The position numbers and the translations under genes are program-made. A stretch of DNA of 63,342 nt, the filler included, from Octopus bimaculoides (lineage: Eukaryota), in NCBI RefSeq assembly GCF_001194135.2. It is 8 parts of 8 records of this genome, joined end to end, with 100 filler letters (N's around TTAATTAATTAA, not from the genome) between each part and the next. Parts side by side here need not be neighbours in the genome. Positions count along the whole stretch, not along the records: positions 1 to 3,735 come from NW_026431301.1; positions 3,836 to 18,635 come from NC_068982.1; 6 more parts are not named here. The stretch is one strand, 5' to 3'. The notes below the pieces were generated by a model, which worked only from the letters and a program-made list of their open reading frames with translations, was not told where the DNA came from and ran no database searches. Positions 1 to 11,974 of this stretch are shown here, piece by piece; position 1 is the first letter of the stretch; every line of letters starts with the position of its first letter.

Positions 1-505
1 AAAACCGTGTGCTATATCAATGGGTCAACCGTTTGGTTGACCCATTGTGGTTGACCCGTTATGAATAAAATGCAGCTTATGGAAACAGTATGGATTGCCA
101 TTGAATGTATATGTGTGTGGATGACAAAATAATTTGTGATAGTAAGTTCTGATCCTTTTTAAATCTTGCCTTTTTTTCACTTCCAAGTTTGTAGTACCAA
201 GCACAACATTGGATCAATATAAGCTTAAATGCCTTTCAACGGCATTGATACAGTTCTATGACTAAAATTGATAAAAGAATGAAATGATCTTTATCATAGA
301 AACTACAATATTGAAAGTTTTAATTATTGCATTCATTTAATGCTTAATTCTTGAATACTTTCTTTTCCACTTCAAAGATAAAATTCCTCAAATATATAAT
401 CAAAACAAGAAACTATTTCTAAAGTGTGAGACCAACAGTTTTAAATTATCAATTTAGTTTAAACATTTGGAGAAGGAATTTAATGATCCTTTATCACCTT
501 GTTAG

Positions 506-596
506 GTGGGACCATTTTTTACGAGATCCCAAAATCAGAAAGATGTTATGTGAAGTTCTATATGCCAAAAATTTGAATGTCAAGAACCAAAGCAAG
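506..596 (+). CDS. Candidate internal exon of an unidentified gene (WDHFLRDPKIRKMLCEVLYAKNLNVKNQSK)
   Basis: CCTTGTTAG| acceptor, AAG|GTACAG donor, open frame; no recognised homology. Confidence 0.3.
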
Positions 597-650
597 GTAC
601 AGATATCCCAGAAAATGGAATATCTATACTCTTTTATTTTTGCCTTCCAG

Positions 651-732
651 TTAAAGAATTGCCCTAGAAAGTACCATGGAATAGTAAATCACACGGCTTG
701 CATTTCAAAATCTCAATATGCATATAGATCAG
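651..732 (+). CDS. Candidate internal exon of an unidentified gene (LKNCPRKYHGIVNHTACISKSQYAYRS)
   Basis: Very strong acceptor (CTTTTATTTTTGCCTTCCAG|) and donor (CAG|GTAAGT); only one frame is open. Confidence 0.45.
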
Positions 733-1374
733 GTAAGTTAAGTTTGTTGTTTAAGAAATAATTTGAACTTCAAATTCCTGCAAAATCTAAATGAAGATCA
801 TCCAAAATGTTATGAAAGTGATTAAGATTATCTGTTCTGTATTAACACGATCATAACACCATAAACATTACATTATCAGTACTTCATTTCGCGCACACAC
901 GAACATACACACGCACACACAGACACACATGCATGCACACACACACACTTAAATAAATGATACCATTTTTTATACCTCAAGGAAGTTTTCTTCTCTGGTG
1001 TCATTTAGAAACAGTCTAGATGGGCATCATTCACATGCCAGTTTCAGTTATTAAGAAAAGCAATTATAATAATATTTTAATTACCATACCAATACTTCTT
1101 TTTACCATATCAATACTTCTTTTTACCATTTNNNNNNNNNNGTGAACTTAAAATCATTATACAATCTTCAAATTTCGAACTAACATAGATGGTATCTGAG
1201 TAAATAATTAACAAAGGTTTTTTTTTCATTTGAATTATATATGTAAAATTTACAATAGTTAGTGACTGAGGACAAATTATGGTAATTCACCTCCAAGATG
1301 GCCAAATTTGTCATTGATATCTTCAGTACTGGTGTACACAGGAATATGTGCAGAGTAAATATATAATTATCTTT

Positions 1375-3170
1375 GTTCCTTTATGATTGTGACGTCAGCA
1401 ACTGGTGTTTGTATGGTGTTATTGTATGGAGATTTGGAGTTGCGGTTTCGAAACCTGGGTGGATGACTGTTGCTAAAGTTTTAAAAATTGTTTGCGCTTT
1501 CTGGTTGGGTTTTTTTTGTGGACGAATTGAGTCTTTTTACCTTTTCGACTTCGGTGTTTTTTCTTCTTTCTAAAGGATATTCAGCTGTGGTTTATATTTT
1601 TTAATGATTATGCTTTCCTTATTTGAATGTAATTGGGTTGAACTGTTTCCAGTGCATTGATAGAGAGGGAAGATTTGGTATTTAGGGTTTAAGTTTATGG
1701 GGCATTGGTCTCGGTGTTTGCTTACGGGAATTTTCCTAGTTGTGGGGTCCTGGATTTGTTGCCTGTGCACCATTAGTCTGGACTTCCAATTATGCCATGA
1801 CAATGTTGGCAAAAGTAAGGGTTACCCTCGTTCCCATCACCTTGCCCGATTTTTGTCTATAAGTGTTCTGTTGATGTTGAAGATGTTGTTCTGTAGGACG
1901 AATTTTAATTCTTCATCGATGAATTCTCTTATGATTCGGTCAGGAATGTCATTTGGGAATTTTTCCAGCCAGTATTCTATGGCTATTATTCCGTATTTGT
2001 GAGGAATCGAGGTGCAGATGTTTATTACATCGAATGAAACCAGAAGGGAGTCCTTGATAGCTTTGTTTGGGATATGGTTTAAAAAGTCCAGATCATCCTT
2101 TATAAAGCTCGCTATATGTTAGAGACTAGGTTTACGGAGAAGGTCAATCAAGTTACTGAGACTGTGTATCTCACACGAGGGACTGGCCACAATTGGTCTC
2201 ATTTTGAAACCTCTCGGGTGTGAAATATTTATGACTACAGAAGTTGATTTGTTACAGTCTTCGTTTATGGCTTCACTTTTGTGGATTTTGGGNNNNNNNN
2301 NNNNNNNNNNNNNNNNNNNNNNNNNNNNNNNNNNNNNNNNNNNNNNNNNNNNNNNNNNNNNNNNNNNNNNNNNNNNNNNNNNNNNNNNNNNNNNNNNNNN
2401 NNNNNNNNNNNNNNNNNNNNNNNNNNNNNNNNNNNNNNNNNNNNNNNNNNNNNNNNNNNNNNNNNNNNNNNNNNNNNNNNNNNNNNNNNNNNNNNNNNNN
2501 NNNNNNNNNNNNNNNNNNNNNNNNNNNNNNNNNNNNNNNNNNNNNNNNNNNNNNNNNNNNNNNNNNNNNNNNNNNNNNNNNNNNNNNNNNNNNNNNNNNN
2601 NNNNNNNNNNNNNNNNNNNNNNNNNNNNNNNNNNNNNNNNNNNNNNNNNNNNNNNNNNNNNNNNNNNNNTGGCAGTAAATTGTAGGGATAATTGGAAACC
2701 AAATCACAGAAGGTATCCAGAGTTTGATTTCTTCCTTTTGTCGGACAGCAGCTGCTTTTATTGTTAAATATCGATTGATCGTTATTGTCTTTATCCAGCA
2801 GTTCTTCAGTGATGCGAAGTTTTCTGCAGAATTCCTCGATATCAGTTTGTATACCTTTTAGGTCCGACCTTTGTGGTGTTGGGGTGAACTTCAATCCCTT
2901 TGTGAGAATGATGATTTTCTGGTTTGAAAGGGTTTTCTGTGAGAGATTAATCACCTTCAGGTTCTCACAACCGGTTTTGGCCCAGTTTGTCTAAAAAAAT
3001 GGTTTCTTGGGTTTTGCAATAAGGAATTAGTGTTCCTGTTGATTGTCCTTCCACTGACCAATATTCTATTGTGGGTTCTCTGTTGCGGTCGGCTCTGACT
3101 GGGGTTATCGCAATGGTTATATTTTGTTTGGATGAGGTGGTTATTGTGGAAGAAATGTCTCGAGCAGGAG
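1375..3170 (-). mobile_element. Penelope-like retroelement, internally deleted pseudogene
   Basis: NLSQKTL...KGLKFTPTP N-terminal region; RT motifs RPIVASP, SFDV..TSIPH, YRQKSGxxMGTRV..FANIVM; fused at about 1779 to the GIY-YIG C-terminus (RLMVHRQQI..KH..C..KIFPLY..KESIIIKKYKPQLN). Confidence 0.88.
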
Positions 3171-3340
3171 AAGTGCAAAATGATAGACATCCAAGAGTTA
3201 CGGAAAACAAGAAAACACCATGACACACTTAAAACATTATCTTACGTATCAACACACAATCCGAAGAACATGGAAGCATACAACATCATTCACCAAAACA
3301 CTCCACCTTATGAAGGACCTGCGAATGACAAAGGCATAAA
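3171..3340 (+). mobile_element. Inverted fragment of a Penelope RT-endonuclease linker
   Basis: Plus-strand translation IDIQELRKTRK...LSYVSTHNPKNMEAYNIIHQN resembles the PLE linker (LPYVSTHNP motif); opposite orientation to the adjoining element. Confidence 0.7.
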
Positions 3341-3735
3341 TTTACAAATCAAGCCGGAATTTAACGGCAATAGCTGCGAGCGGGAAAATGAAATCCAAAT
3401 CTAAGTAAGGCATGCGCGTTGGGCACCGTTGCGCATGCGTAAGGCACCACGGGGTTCATGTGAACAAGAAGGTCGGCAAGAACGACAGCCATATTGAAAA
3501 ATGCATCCACATGGTTTAAACGAAAAGAATGAAGACATTGTGTGAACAATGTAACTAGTAATGTTTTTCTTTAAAAAATACAATACACGACTTTTACATG
3601 TTGGCTTTGCACAATTTCACAGTTTATGATTACTCAGCACAGTTCTATAATTAGATTAGAGTTATGAAAGGAATTCAGCAGTCGTGCGTTGTTCCGCTGC
3701 TGCCGCCACCGTTACTCGGTTTTCCTTTCGATTCA

Positions 3736-3835
3736 NNNNNNNNNNNNNNNNNNNNNNNNNNNNNNNNNNNNNNNNNNNNTTAATTAATTAANNNNNNNNN
3801 NNNNNNNNNNNNNNNNNNNNNNNNNNNNNNNNNNN
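3736..3835. other. Artificial scaffold spacer N44-TTAATTAATTAA-N44 (also at 18680, 35300, 46351, 48606, 50864, 59938)
   Basis: The identical palindromic six-frame-stop 12-mer is centred in a 100-bp N run seven times. Confidence 0.95.
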
Positions 3836-4095
3836 TCTGGCTAAATAAACCTGTCGCCTAGCCTCCCTTCTGGCACATTGGTACAATTCCCTGCTACCAC
3901 CATTCTTCCAGTCCTTCTAAGCCTGTTTCTTTTGTCTAATAGCCCTGTCTACCTCCTTGTTCCACCACCACGTTACTCTGGGTTGGGAGGGGACCTTACA
4001 CCACCCACAAATCTGGTCGGTGGCTTTCAACAGGTTGTCCCGCAGAAATCTCCAATTGTCTTCCACGTTGTATGATGCTATATCCCCTTCAATTA
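3836..4095 (-). mobile_element. RTE-clade LINE fragment (EN-RT linker)
   Basis: VEDNWRFLRDNLLKATDQICGWCK...TWWWNKEVDRAIRQKKQA. Confidence 0.85.
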
Positions 4096-4148
4096 TAGAA
4101 TTTACTATCATACTACATGTTGATTATAAATATGACACTTCAATGTAT

Positions 4149-4154
4149 TTTATT
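4149..4154 (-). promoter_or_regulatory. Candidate polyadenylation signal (AATAAA) for the FAM166 gene
   Basis: AATAAA on the minus strand about 200 nt past the stop codon; position only, and the region is AT-rich. Confidence 0.4.
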
Positions 4155-4351
4155 TGTCACTATTGTATATAACATACACTTAAAAATTGTACCCCCCCCA
4201 TACAAAAATAACAGCTTTGTTTGAAAAAGGAATGACTTTTTAAAGGAAAATGATTTTATACTGGATTTGTTAGTGTTCTTTACAGCTTAAATATTAACTC
4301 TTTACTTTCCTTGCAAAATGACCAAACCATCCAACCAATATCTTTCTGTAT

Positions 4352-4440
4352 TCAGTATTTTATGATTCCCTCATTAATTAGTTGGTTTCTTATATCATAA
4401 GTATTGTTGCCTAATGTTTTCCCAAAAGAATCTCGTAAAC
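4352..4440 (-). CDS. FAM166B: FAM166/CIMIP2 last exon (LRDSFGKTLGNNTYDIRNQLINEGIIKY*)
   Basis: Long pyrimidine tract then TTTGTAG|; phase 1; FGKTxG motif; TGA at 4354-4352. The six exons sum to 813 nt = 270 aa + stop. Confidence 0.9.
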
Positions 4441-4609
4441 CTACAAATGAAGAAAGAAAATGTATACTAGATGCATAAAAGGATATACTTCAAGAAATAT
4501 GATTGCAGAAAAGCTATGGAACAAGGCTACAATACAAGGAATATGTGATAAAAGATAAGTAATCTTAAAGGAATTGTAAAATTGTTAGAAACAAGATTCT
4601 ATAAAAATA

Positions 4610-4837
4610 TTGGGTTGTCCGGAAAGTTCATGCTGATTTTTAAAGGAAAGAAAAAGGTCAATAAATACTTGCCATTACATTTTTAATCAACCAAATATGA
4701 ACCATTTTGTTGCACAATGTGTCTCCATCTTTCCTTTAACTTGAAAATACCCTCTTCCCAGAATTGAGGTGGGTTCATGGCAAATAAGTCGAAAGGTAAG
4801 CTACTATAAATCGGCACGAACTTTCCGGACAACCCAA
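4610..4837. mobile_element. Mariner-derived MITE in the last FAM166 intron
   Basis: TIRs TTGGGTTGTCCGGAAAGTTC... / ...GAACTTTCCGGACAACCCAA, TA on both sides; minus strand encodes a transposase C-terminus (FWEEGIFKLKERWRHIVQQNGSYLVD*). Confidence 0.92.
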
Positions 4838-4984
4838 TATTTGAAAGAAAACTTTTTATATTGTTAAATATCAAGAATCTTCCATCTTTCACATTTTTAT
4901 TGCACATAATGTTTCTCTCTGATCTCCTGGACAATACTTCAGTTTTGTAGCATTAGGTAGATGACAAATTTTCACTTGGAGAAG

Positions 4985-5245
4985 GTACTGGACTATCTCT
5001 GTTAACTTTTACTATAAGACATAAACAAACCAACATCAGTTGTCAAGTGGTGGTGGGACACACACACTCATATATATATTTATATGTGGTGGGACACAAA
5101 CATATATATACAAAAAGCTTCTTTCAGTTTCTGTCAATCAAATCCACCCACAAGGCTCTGGTCAACCCAAGTCTACAGTAGGCTGCGGGACTGAACCCGC
5201 AGCCATGTGGTTGGGAAGCAAACTTCTTACCACACAGCCACGTCT
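4985..5245 (-). mobile_element. tRNA-derived octopus SINE with central microsatellite (decayed)
   Basis: Head GTGGCTGTGTGGTAAGAAG..., homologous to the 11341-11745 copy. Confidence 0.8.
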
Positions 5246-5277
5246 ATGCCTATGTTGACATTACTGTAAAACTTTAC

Positions 5278-5493
5278 CTGGAATATGTCCTGTATACATT
5301 GGTACAATAGAACTTTTTTCTGGATAGATATAGGTTTCTACAAGGCCTTTCTTACTTTCACATGCAGCTGCACTTGTAGGTTTCATTTCTCTTCTTTCCA
5401 TTTCATCAGTAAATTGGCACAAAGCTTGATGTGTCAGCTCTGGATATACTCTTCCTATCAGTGGTCGATAACGAGGTACAAATCCTGCATATC
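5278..5493 (-). CDS. FAM166B: FAM166/CIMIP2 exon 5 (YAGFVPRYRPLIGRVYPELTHQALCQFTDE...PMYTGHIPG)
   Basis: CTAATTTCAG| acceptor, CAG|GTAAAG donor, 216 nt, phase 1->1; two family repeats (GYAGFVPR, YTGHIPG). Confidence 0.93.
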
Positions 5494-5773
5494 CTGAAAT
5501 TAGAAGTTAATTCAGTTTTAGCTTTTACTGAATTGTAAACCAGTTCTATGACTTTACTGTGAATGGTATCAAGAAAGCAAAATTATTGCAAGATTCACAA
5601 TCTTTACTTAGTTATTCTGAATTTAAGGTAGATCTATTGACAATCTTAACTTACAAAACAATTCATAAAAATACATTTTAGTACAATTCCCATTCTCTTT
5701 TAAATATTTTAAAGAAAAATCTTTAGTTATGGAATTTTAAGTAAATATTCAACTCTAAATAATATTACATTAC

Positions 5774-5810
5774 CAGGTATATGATATTTCTGTGGATCAA
5801 TATTATCTCT
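5774..5810 (-). CDS. FAM166B: FAM166/CIMIP2 exon 4 (RDNIDPQKYHIPG)
   Basis: TTTTACAG| acceptor, CTG|GTAATG donor, 37 nt, phase 0->1; matches the family DPxKYxxxGY segment. Confidence 0.85.
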
Positions 5811-6164
5811 CTGTAAAACTGATACATGTGGTCTGGTTTGACTCTTAGAGTAAAAGGGAAGAAAGTCAGGTGCGGTCTGTGTCATACTTAGGGTGGGAAC
5901 TTCTGGGAGTTTCTAAAAATATAAGAAAACAGTAGATTGAGAAAAAATATATAATTGTATAAGCAACAATTTTTTGAAAAGATTTGTATGACAGTGGAAA
6001 TTGTTATATCTGTTTGGTGGTATCTACATTCTGGGTACTTTAAATTAAAAGCTGTGGTTTTTCATCAATTAACACTTGTGACTGCAGAGTAATTTTGATG
6101 CTGCTTTTTGTCACCAATCATCAGCATAGCTGCAGTCAAATGACCGAAACAAGTAAAAAAATAC

Positions 6165-6960
6165 TGATGATGATCATCATCGTTTAACGTCCATTTTCTA
6201 TGCTGGTATGGGTTTGACGGTTTGACAGGAGCTGTCCAGACTACAATTGTCTGTTGTGGCATGGTTTCTACAGCTGGATACCCTTCCTAATGCCAAGCAC
6301 TTTTCAGAGTGTGCTGGGTGTATTTTTAAGTGTACTAGCATGGGTGCATTTATGCAGCACTGGCACCTGTAAAGGACAAGCCTAAATGCATGGATGGCAG
6401 TGATTTTACTAGGCTTGACATGTCGTCTCAAGTACAGCAAATTGCCACAACTCCTGGTCCCTTGTCATTTCTTCAATGAGGTACAGTGCCTGAAAATCCT
6501 TTCTCAACACTTTGTCCCTTGACTTCCTGGGTCTACCTCTTCCACAGGTTCCTTCCACAATTAGAGCTTGGTACTTCTTTACACAGGTTGTCCTCATTCA
6601 TACACATCACATGACCAAACTAATGCACACATCTAATGCCTTTTATACCCAGTTTTCCTCTTAAATCACCTACCCTGTCATGTGTGCTCACTGACATTAC
6701 CCATCCATTGGAGCAAGGTAGCTCCATTTCTTTCAAGTCTTTGCAAGTCGTCTGTAGTCAGAGCCCATGTTTCACTGCCATGTAGCAAAGCTGTACATAG
6801 ACAAACATCATACAATCTGCCTTCCCCTCTGAGGGAGAAGCTCTTAGTTACTAACAAAGCTCTCTGAACTTTATCCAGCCCGTTCTTATTCAGGCAACTA
6901 CACTTTCAGAACTTCCTCCTCCACTGCTAACTTGATCTCCTAGGTAACAAGTTATTTACT
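6165..6960 (-). mobile_element. RTE LINE 3' end (ORF C-terminus plus 3' UTR)
   Basis: YLGDQVSSGGGSSE..., LHGSETWAL, VEGTCGRGRPRKS; 3' UTR motif GGATACCCTTCCTAATGCCAA and (GAT)n tail. Confidence 0.88.
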
Positions 6961-8645
6961 ACTTCTAATGACCCCCACACTTGAAGGAGTCTACTGTCTC
7001 TGCATTTTTAGTGCTTATTGTACCCACACATTTACCACACACAAAGACTACTTTCTCCGTTAAACCGTTAATCACATACAAAGACTGTTGTTTGAAAGAA
7101 TTAGAGAAAGGTGTAAATGAATTGTGACAGGAACCAATACTGAAATAAGAAGTTGAATTATGATCTCATTTGTTACTTAAATGTGGACCTAGTCTTAATT
7201 ATTTAACTGAAATTTTACAAAGCTTAAACTTTTATTTATTTGATATATATATAAATCACCATGTGGAAAATTTTTCACTCTGCAATTTGTAAGTTCTACT
7301 CATTTATCTGGAAAGGAAGGATTGTACAAAAATATACATCTACTGGATAAAAACTGAGATGGTGGACTGGAGTTGGTGACAGTAGATAGAATGAGATGTA
7401 TTTAGAAGAGATTCTAGGAACTGAATAGTATGCTAATGAAAAAAAAAAAGAATGGTCAAAACTAGAAAGCTTTTTAACTGACTGATTTGAGGCTAAGTAA
7501 CAACTCCAACACAGACAAAAATATCCTGGGAATAGTCTGCCATGAAAGGATCCAAGTCATAGTGTGATGTCATGTTGTTGACAGCAATTGCATATTCATA
7601 TCACAGACAGAAAAAAAAACAAAAAAACAAGAATGGATGATATGGTTCTCAGTGCACTGTGCGCTGACTGAGGAAAGAGACAGGATGGTCACAGCTAGAG
7701 TGCCTTTCATCTAATGTTCAGTTGGAGATGATGACATTGCATCAGTAGTGTATATTACATAATATTTCTTACTGAATATAATCAAACCCAAGAAAATCTA
7801 AAGGTTCTATTAAGATGATTTAATGGCAATATGATACTAAATACAATTGCTGTAAGAGAGAGAGAGAGAATCTGAGCAAGTCAGGTCACATACAGACTAT
7901 GATAAGTAAATACATAATATCAATGAATAAACAAATTAATATAATAATCAACAATAAGTTTGTAGAAATACAATATTAGGGTTCACCTCACAATGAGAGA
8001 GAGAGAGAGACATTATACTGACTGATATCAAGTAAGAAGTGACTATATATACAATACTATGTAATATATAGAGATAAATGTGAGTTCATAGATATTATGT
8101 GAGGTCTCTACATAGTAGCTAACTGTATCCAGAAATAGCAGTGAAATTTCCCTTGAATCAAACCCATCAGTCATTTTACATACATGTGTATATGTTATTT
8201 AGAGAGTGAGATTGGTCCTGTGTAAGATCTTTTCTCACTTTCAAAAGCCTCGGGCACTGACATCACTAGATTTTTAATATCTCTTATGTGTTGTGTACTT
8301 AGGCTGGCCATAGCCAAAAAATGCAAAACACTGAATGAAAAATTCCATGAGGGAATGAAGGCATGTCTCAGCTGCACCTGTGTAAAAAGAGTCTAATCTC
8401 TGACAGGACTGAAAAGCTATATCCATGTTTCCCATGCTTAAGAGAACAATCAAAATTGAGTTGAAGCCATCATATCATATGTATGTGTGAAGCAATAAAG
8501 GAAACCTCTACAAAATAGCTAGACATGTTAGAAATGTATTATTTTGATACAACAACCCACCATCACTGGGTTCCTCTGCTAGCTAATTATAAACTACATC
8601 TCAGACATACAACAGAAATAATAAAGTATGGAATATGAAAATTAC

Positions 8646-8815
8646 CAGAAAACCAGAATGACATTTTATATCACAAACTTTTGAGCTTGGTTCAAAACCC
8701 AGTTGTTGCCTTCTTAAATTATTTTTTATTTGGTTATATTCAAACTCTGTCAGACTATCTCGCCAAATATTTCGAAAGGTTTGCCCGTGATAATTTTGAA
8801 GACAAGGAATACAGC
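8646..8815 (-). CDS. FAM166B: FAM166/CIMIP2 exon 3 (CIPCLQNYHGQTFRNIWRDSLTEF...CHSGFL)
   Basis: CCATTTTAG| acceptor, CTG|GTAATT donor, 170 nt, phase 1->0, open frame; completes the GYTGxIP...xGxTF repeat. Confidence 0.88.
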
Positions 8816-9329
8816 CTAAAATGGAACAATAAAGAATTTAGTCATAAATTTGTTTGACTTCTGACAATATCAGTTTTTTATTCTTAACACTGTTGTGCTC
8901 AATATTTGTGACAGACAGGAAAGCATGAGTTATTAAATAACTCTTTTGCATTTTCTTGTCTGTCACAGATACTACTACTACTGTATGATGTTATTGTTTA
9001 GCTCATGGCCAGGCCTGATAGAGCAGACCTATGATGAAAGGCATTCCAGCTGTTTCTTTTATTTAGATATAGTGTGTCAATGACTACATTATCATACTAT
9101 TGTTTAAATGAAAGAGTTATCTCTGAGGAAGATTTAAGTGGTACTTCTTGCAGGTCAAGCAACTATATAGATTTTTTATTTGTTGGTTCAATGTGAACTT
9201 GCTGAATGACCTGTAAATGAACTGGAACCCTCAGGTGTTCTCAGACCCCCACACTGCTGATTTCCTCTGCAAAATTAGGATAACTGTGGCCTGTCTAAGA
9301 AATTAACTCTGTGAGGTGGCTATTTTAAT

Positions 9330-9850
9330 GAGACAGTTATTAGTTTTTGCCCAACAATAGTTATGACTATTAAGGAAATAAGGCAAGAAGATTCTGACAA
9401 TCAAGATTAGTAATTAGAAGGGCTAGAAGAAGCTCAGGGAACTGTTGCCTCTTTTAGCATCAAAGAATTTCCATATTGTGCAAAAGGCAAACAGTATGAA
9501 GCCTGTGTAAGAAGAATGAAACAACTTAATAACGAACATGGGCATTGAATGGAAATGTTTTGTGAGTGGCTGCACAGAATTAAGACAAACTATAAGAAAT
9601 ACAATGCACATGTGAACTGAGATAACAGATGACTATTAAAGACCATCAACCAAAGTATACAGGAATGACGACTATACTAAAATTGACATGTAGTTGCATA
9701 TCTATGAATGCTGAGGGTAAAAGAAATGTGTGACATCAGATGAGGGTACCAAAATTAGAAGAAGGTAAAGAAAGTAAGTAATGGTCAGATCACAGGATCC
9801 TGGACCTCATAGATAAGATGGTGGAAACCTTAGATGATTGATGATGATGT
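9330..9850 (+). mobile_element. Highly degraded non-LTR retroelement fragment (possibly R4/Dong-like)
   Basis: Fragmentary resemblance to a CCHC knuckle region; many stops and frameshifts. Confidence 0.3.
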
Positions 9851-10992
9851 GGTTTAAATACAGTTATATAAAGCTGAGGTAAATTAAGAAAATTTATTAT
9901 TATTTAGAAGAAGAAAACAAAAAAAAAATATTGACATGTTGTATGCCAGCTTAGAAAAGTAAACATAAAGACAAATTATGATATCAATGACATACAGAGA
10001 ACGAAGAAAGAACAGCTTTTGTAGGTACTAGAACAAGAAGCTGCAAATGTTATATTTTCTGATAAGATATTTGCAAAAGGAAGTATATTGCAAAGAATAA
10101 ACCACACACTATTATGACCTAAAAGCTTCTGAAAAGGGCTAGCAATCTATAACATAGAGCTAATTTGGAAATATTTGCTTATGTCAAATGTGAGGAAATT
10201 AAAAGTAGAATCAATAATCATTATAAATTTATTGGGTGTTTATAGTTCCTCTTCACCATAATATTTGAAGCCATCATGAACTTTTTCAGTTTCTGCACTT
10301 TACTTGTAATGGAAGCTTATGTAATGTTTATAACAAGATTTTAAAAGAGGAACATTATTTAGGAAGCAAAGAGAAGACAAACAAAACAAAAAATTGGTTG
10401 CTGTTAACTTTAAAGAGATCACAAGTTATTTTCAAATTCATTCTTCACCAACTGTCATGTTACTGAAAAAATAATAAAAGGTGATATCTTTCTCCATATG
10501 ATTCTCAAAAGTCTAACAGGTCAATTCTAGCACATCAGATATTGTGTACCTGCCAGTTCTAGCAAACCAGATGCGGTGTATCTTGAACTAAGTATTAGTT
10601 TTACATAATTTGTGTACTGAGGCAAAAAGATGTTCAGACAATTAAATGATAACTTTAGTAAACTACACTCCCTTAACTATGAGAATTCACTGAAGAACTA
10701 TTTATCAATAAGAGACTAAACTCAATTCTTTTCAAATCTTGATATTTTGAATGTACATAACATTAAAATATAAATATTTCATATGTTTTTTTATGAACAA
10801 TAAACAATTTTTCAAGTGGGAATACAAAACTGAATCTAACTTTTGATCATTAGGTACCGCTGCCATTCTGATTTTATTAAGATGACATTTTTCATTATAT
10901 AGAATAAAGAAAATTAAAAACATATCACGAAACTTATAATGTGAACAAATAAACAAGAAAATGGAGCAGGGAGAAACAAGTTTTATATATAC

Positions 10993-11234
10993 CTGTATAA
11001 CCAGATATCATATTTTCTTGAAATATGTTTCCTGGAGAATTTCGTCTTCTTTCCAAAATCTGGTCATTGTTATTTTGAAGTCTTTCTTCAAAAGCTGGAT
11101 ATTTCCGTCTTAACAAAGTTTTCTCTGTATTTGTAAGGTAAGGATTAATTTCGTCATCTTTAAATGATTTCTCTGTTGCATGCCCAAAAGTTTTTCCTAT
11201 AGTAAACTTTAATTGTGGACAAAATCCAGTATAT
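10993..11234 (-). CDS. FAM166B: FAM166/CIMIP2 exon 2 (YTGFCPQLKFTIGKTFGHAT...ENMISGYTG)
   Basis: TTTAG| acceptor, CAG|GTATAT donor, 242 nt, phase 2->1; contains the family motifs GYTGFCPQLKFxIGKTFG and MISGYTG. Confidence 0.92.
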
Positions 11235-11340
11235 CTAAATGCAAAAAGTAAAACAATATGTAATTTAGAAAAAAACAAGAAAAAAAGATTTTATCTGAAA
11301 AATTAATTTTATATTTTTCATAAATACTTTATTTCTACCT

Positions 11341-11745
11341 TCTTTATTCTTTTACTTGTTTCAGTCATTTGACTGCGGCCATGCTGGAGCACCGCCTTTA
11401 GTCGAGCAAATCGACCCCAGGACTTATTCTTTGGAAGCCTAGTACTTATTCTATCGGTGTCTTTTGCTGAACGCTAAGTTACGGGGACGTAAACACACCA
11501 GCATCGGTTGTCAAGCGATGTTGGTGGGACAAGCACAGACACACAAACATATACACACACACACATATATATATATACATATATACGACGGGCTTCTTTC
11601 AGTTTCTGTCTACCAAATCCACTCACAAGGCTTTGGTCAGCCTGAGGCTATAGTAGAAGACACTTGCCCAAGGTGTCACGCAGTGGGAATGAACCCGGAA
11701 CCATGTGGTTGGTAAGCAAGCTACTTACCACACAGCCACTCCTGC
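11341..11745 (-). mobile_element. Full-length tRNA-derived octopus SINE (FAM166 intron 1)
   Basis: A-box-like TGGCTGTGTGG and B-box-like GGTTCATTCCC head, central (TA)(TG) tract, tail ...CAGTCAAATGACTGAAACAAGTAAAAGAATAAAGA. Confidence 0.9.
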
Positions 11746-11928
11746 AGCTAATTCTTTCATCAGAATTACTTTATAACCAATATTCATTGAACAAAATAGT
11801 TCATCATCATACCAGCAAAATATTCTACTTATGAAGGACAAACTTACAATTTCTTATATTATAGTCATTACAGGATAAGATATGCAAGGAGGGCCAGATT
11901 CAGTGTGTGTGTGTGTGTNNNNNNNNNN

Positions 11929-11974
<46 letters not shown>

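Noticed and set aside
1261-1330. CTGAGGA and CTGAAGA cores near the first Penelope's 3' end (also CTGATGA at about 63000)
   Set aside because: No correctly placed GAAA, stem III or stem I, so these are not hammerheads.
7080-7139. 60-nt minus-strand segment with good splice signals in FAM166 intron 3
   Set aside because: It has a stop in phase 0, the phase required between exons 3 and 4; it would fit only with unsupported alternative sites.
8195-8390. Strong minus-strand acceptor (TTTTTACACAG|) within FAM166 intron 3
   Set aside because: All frames stop or lack a phase-0 donor, and there is no family similarity; at most an alternative terminal exon.
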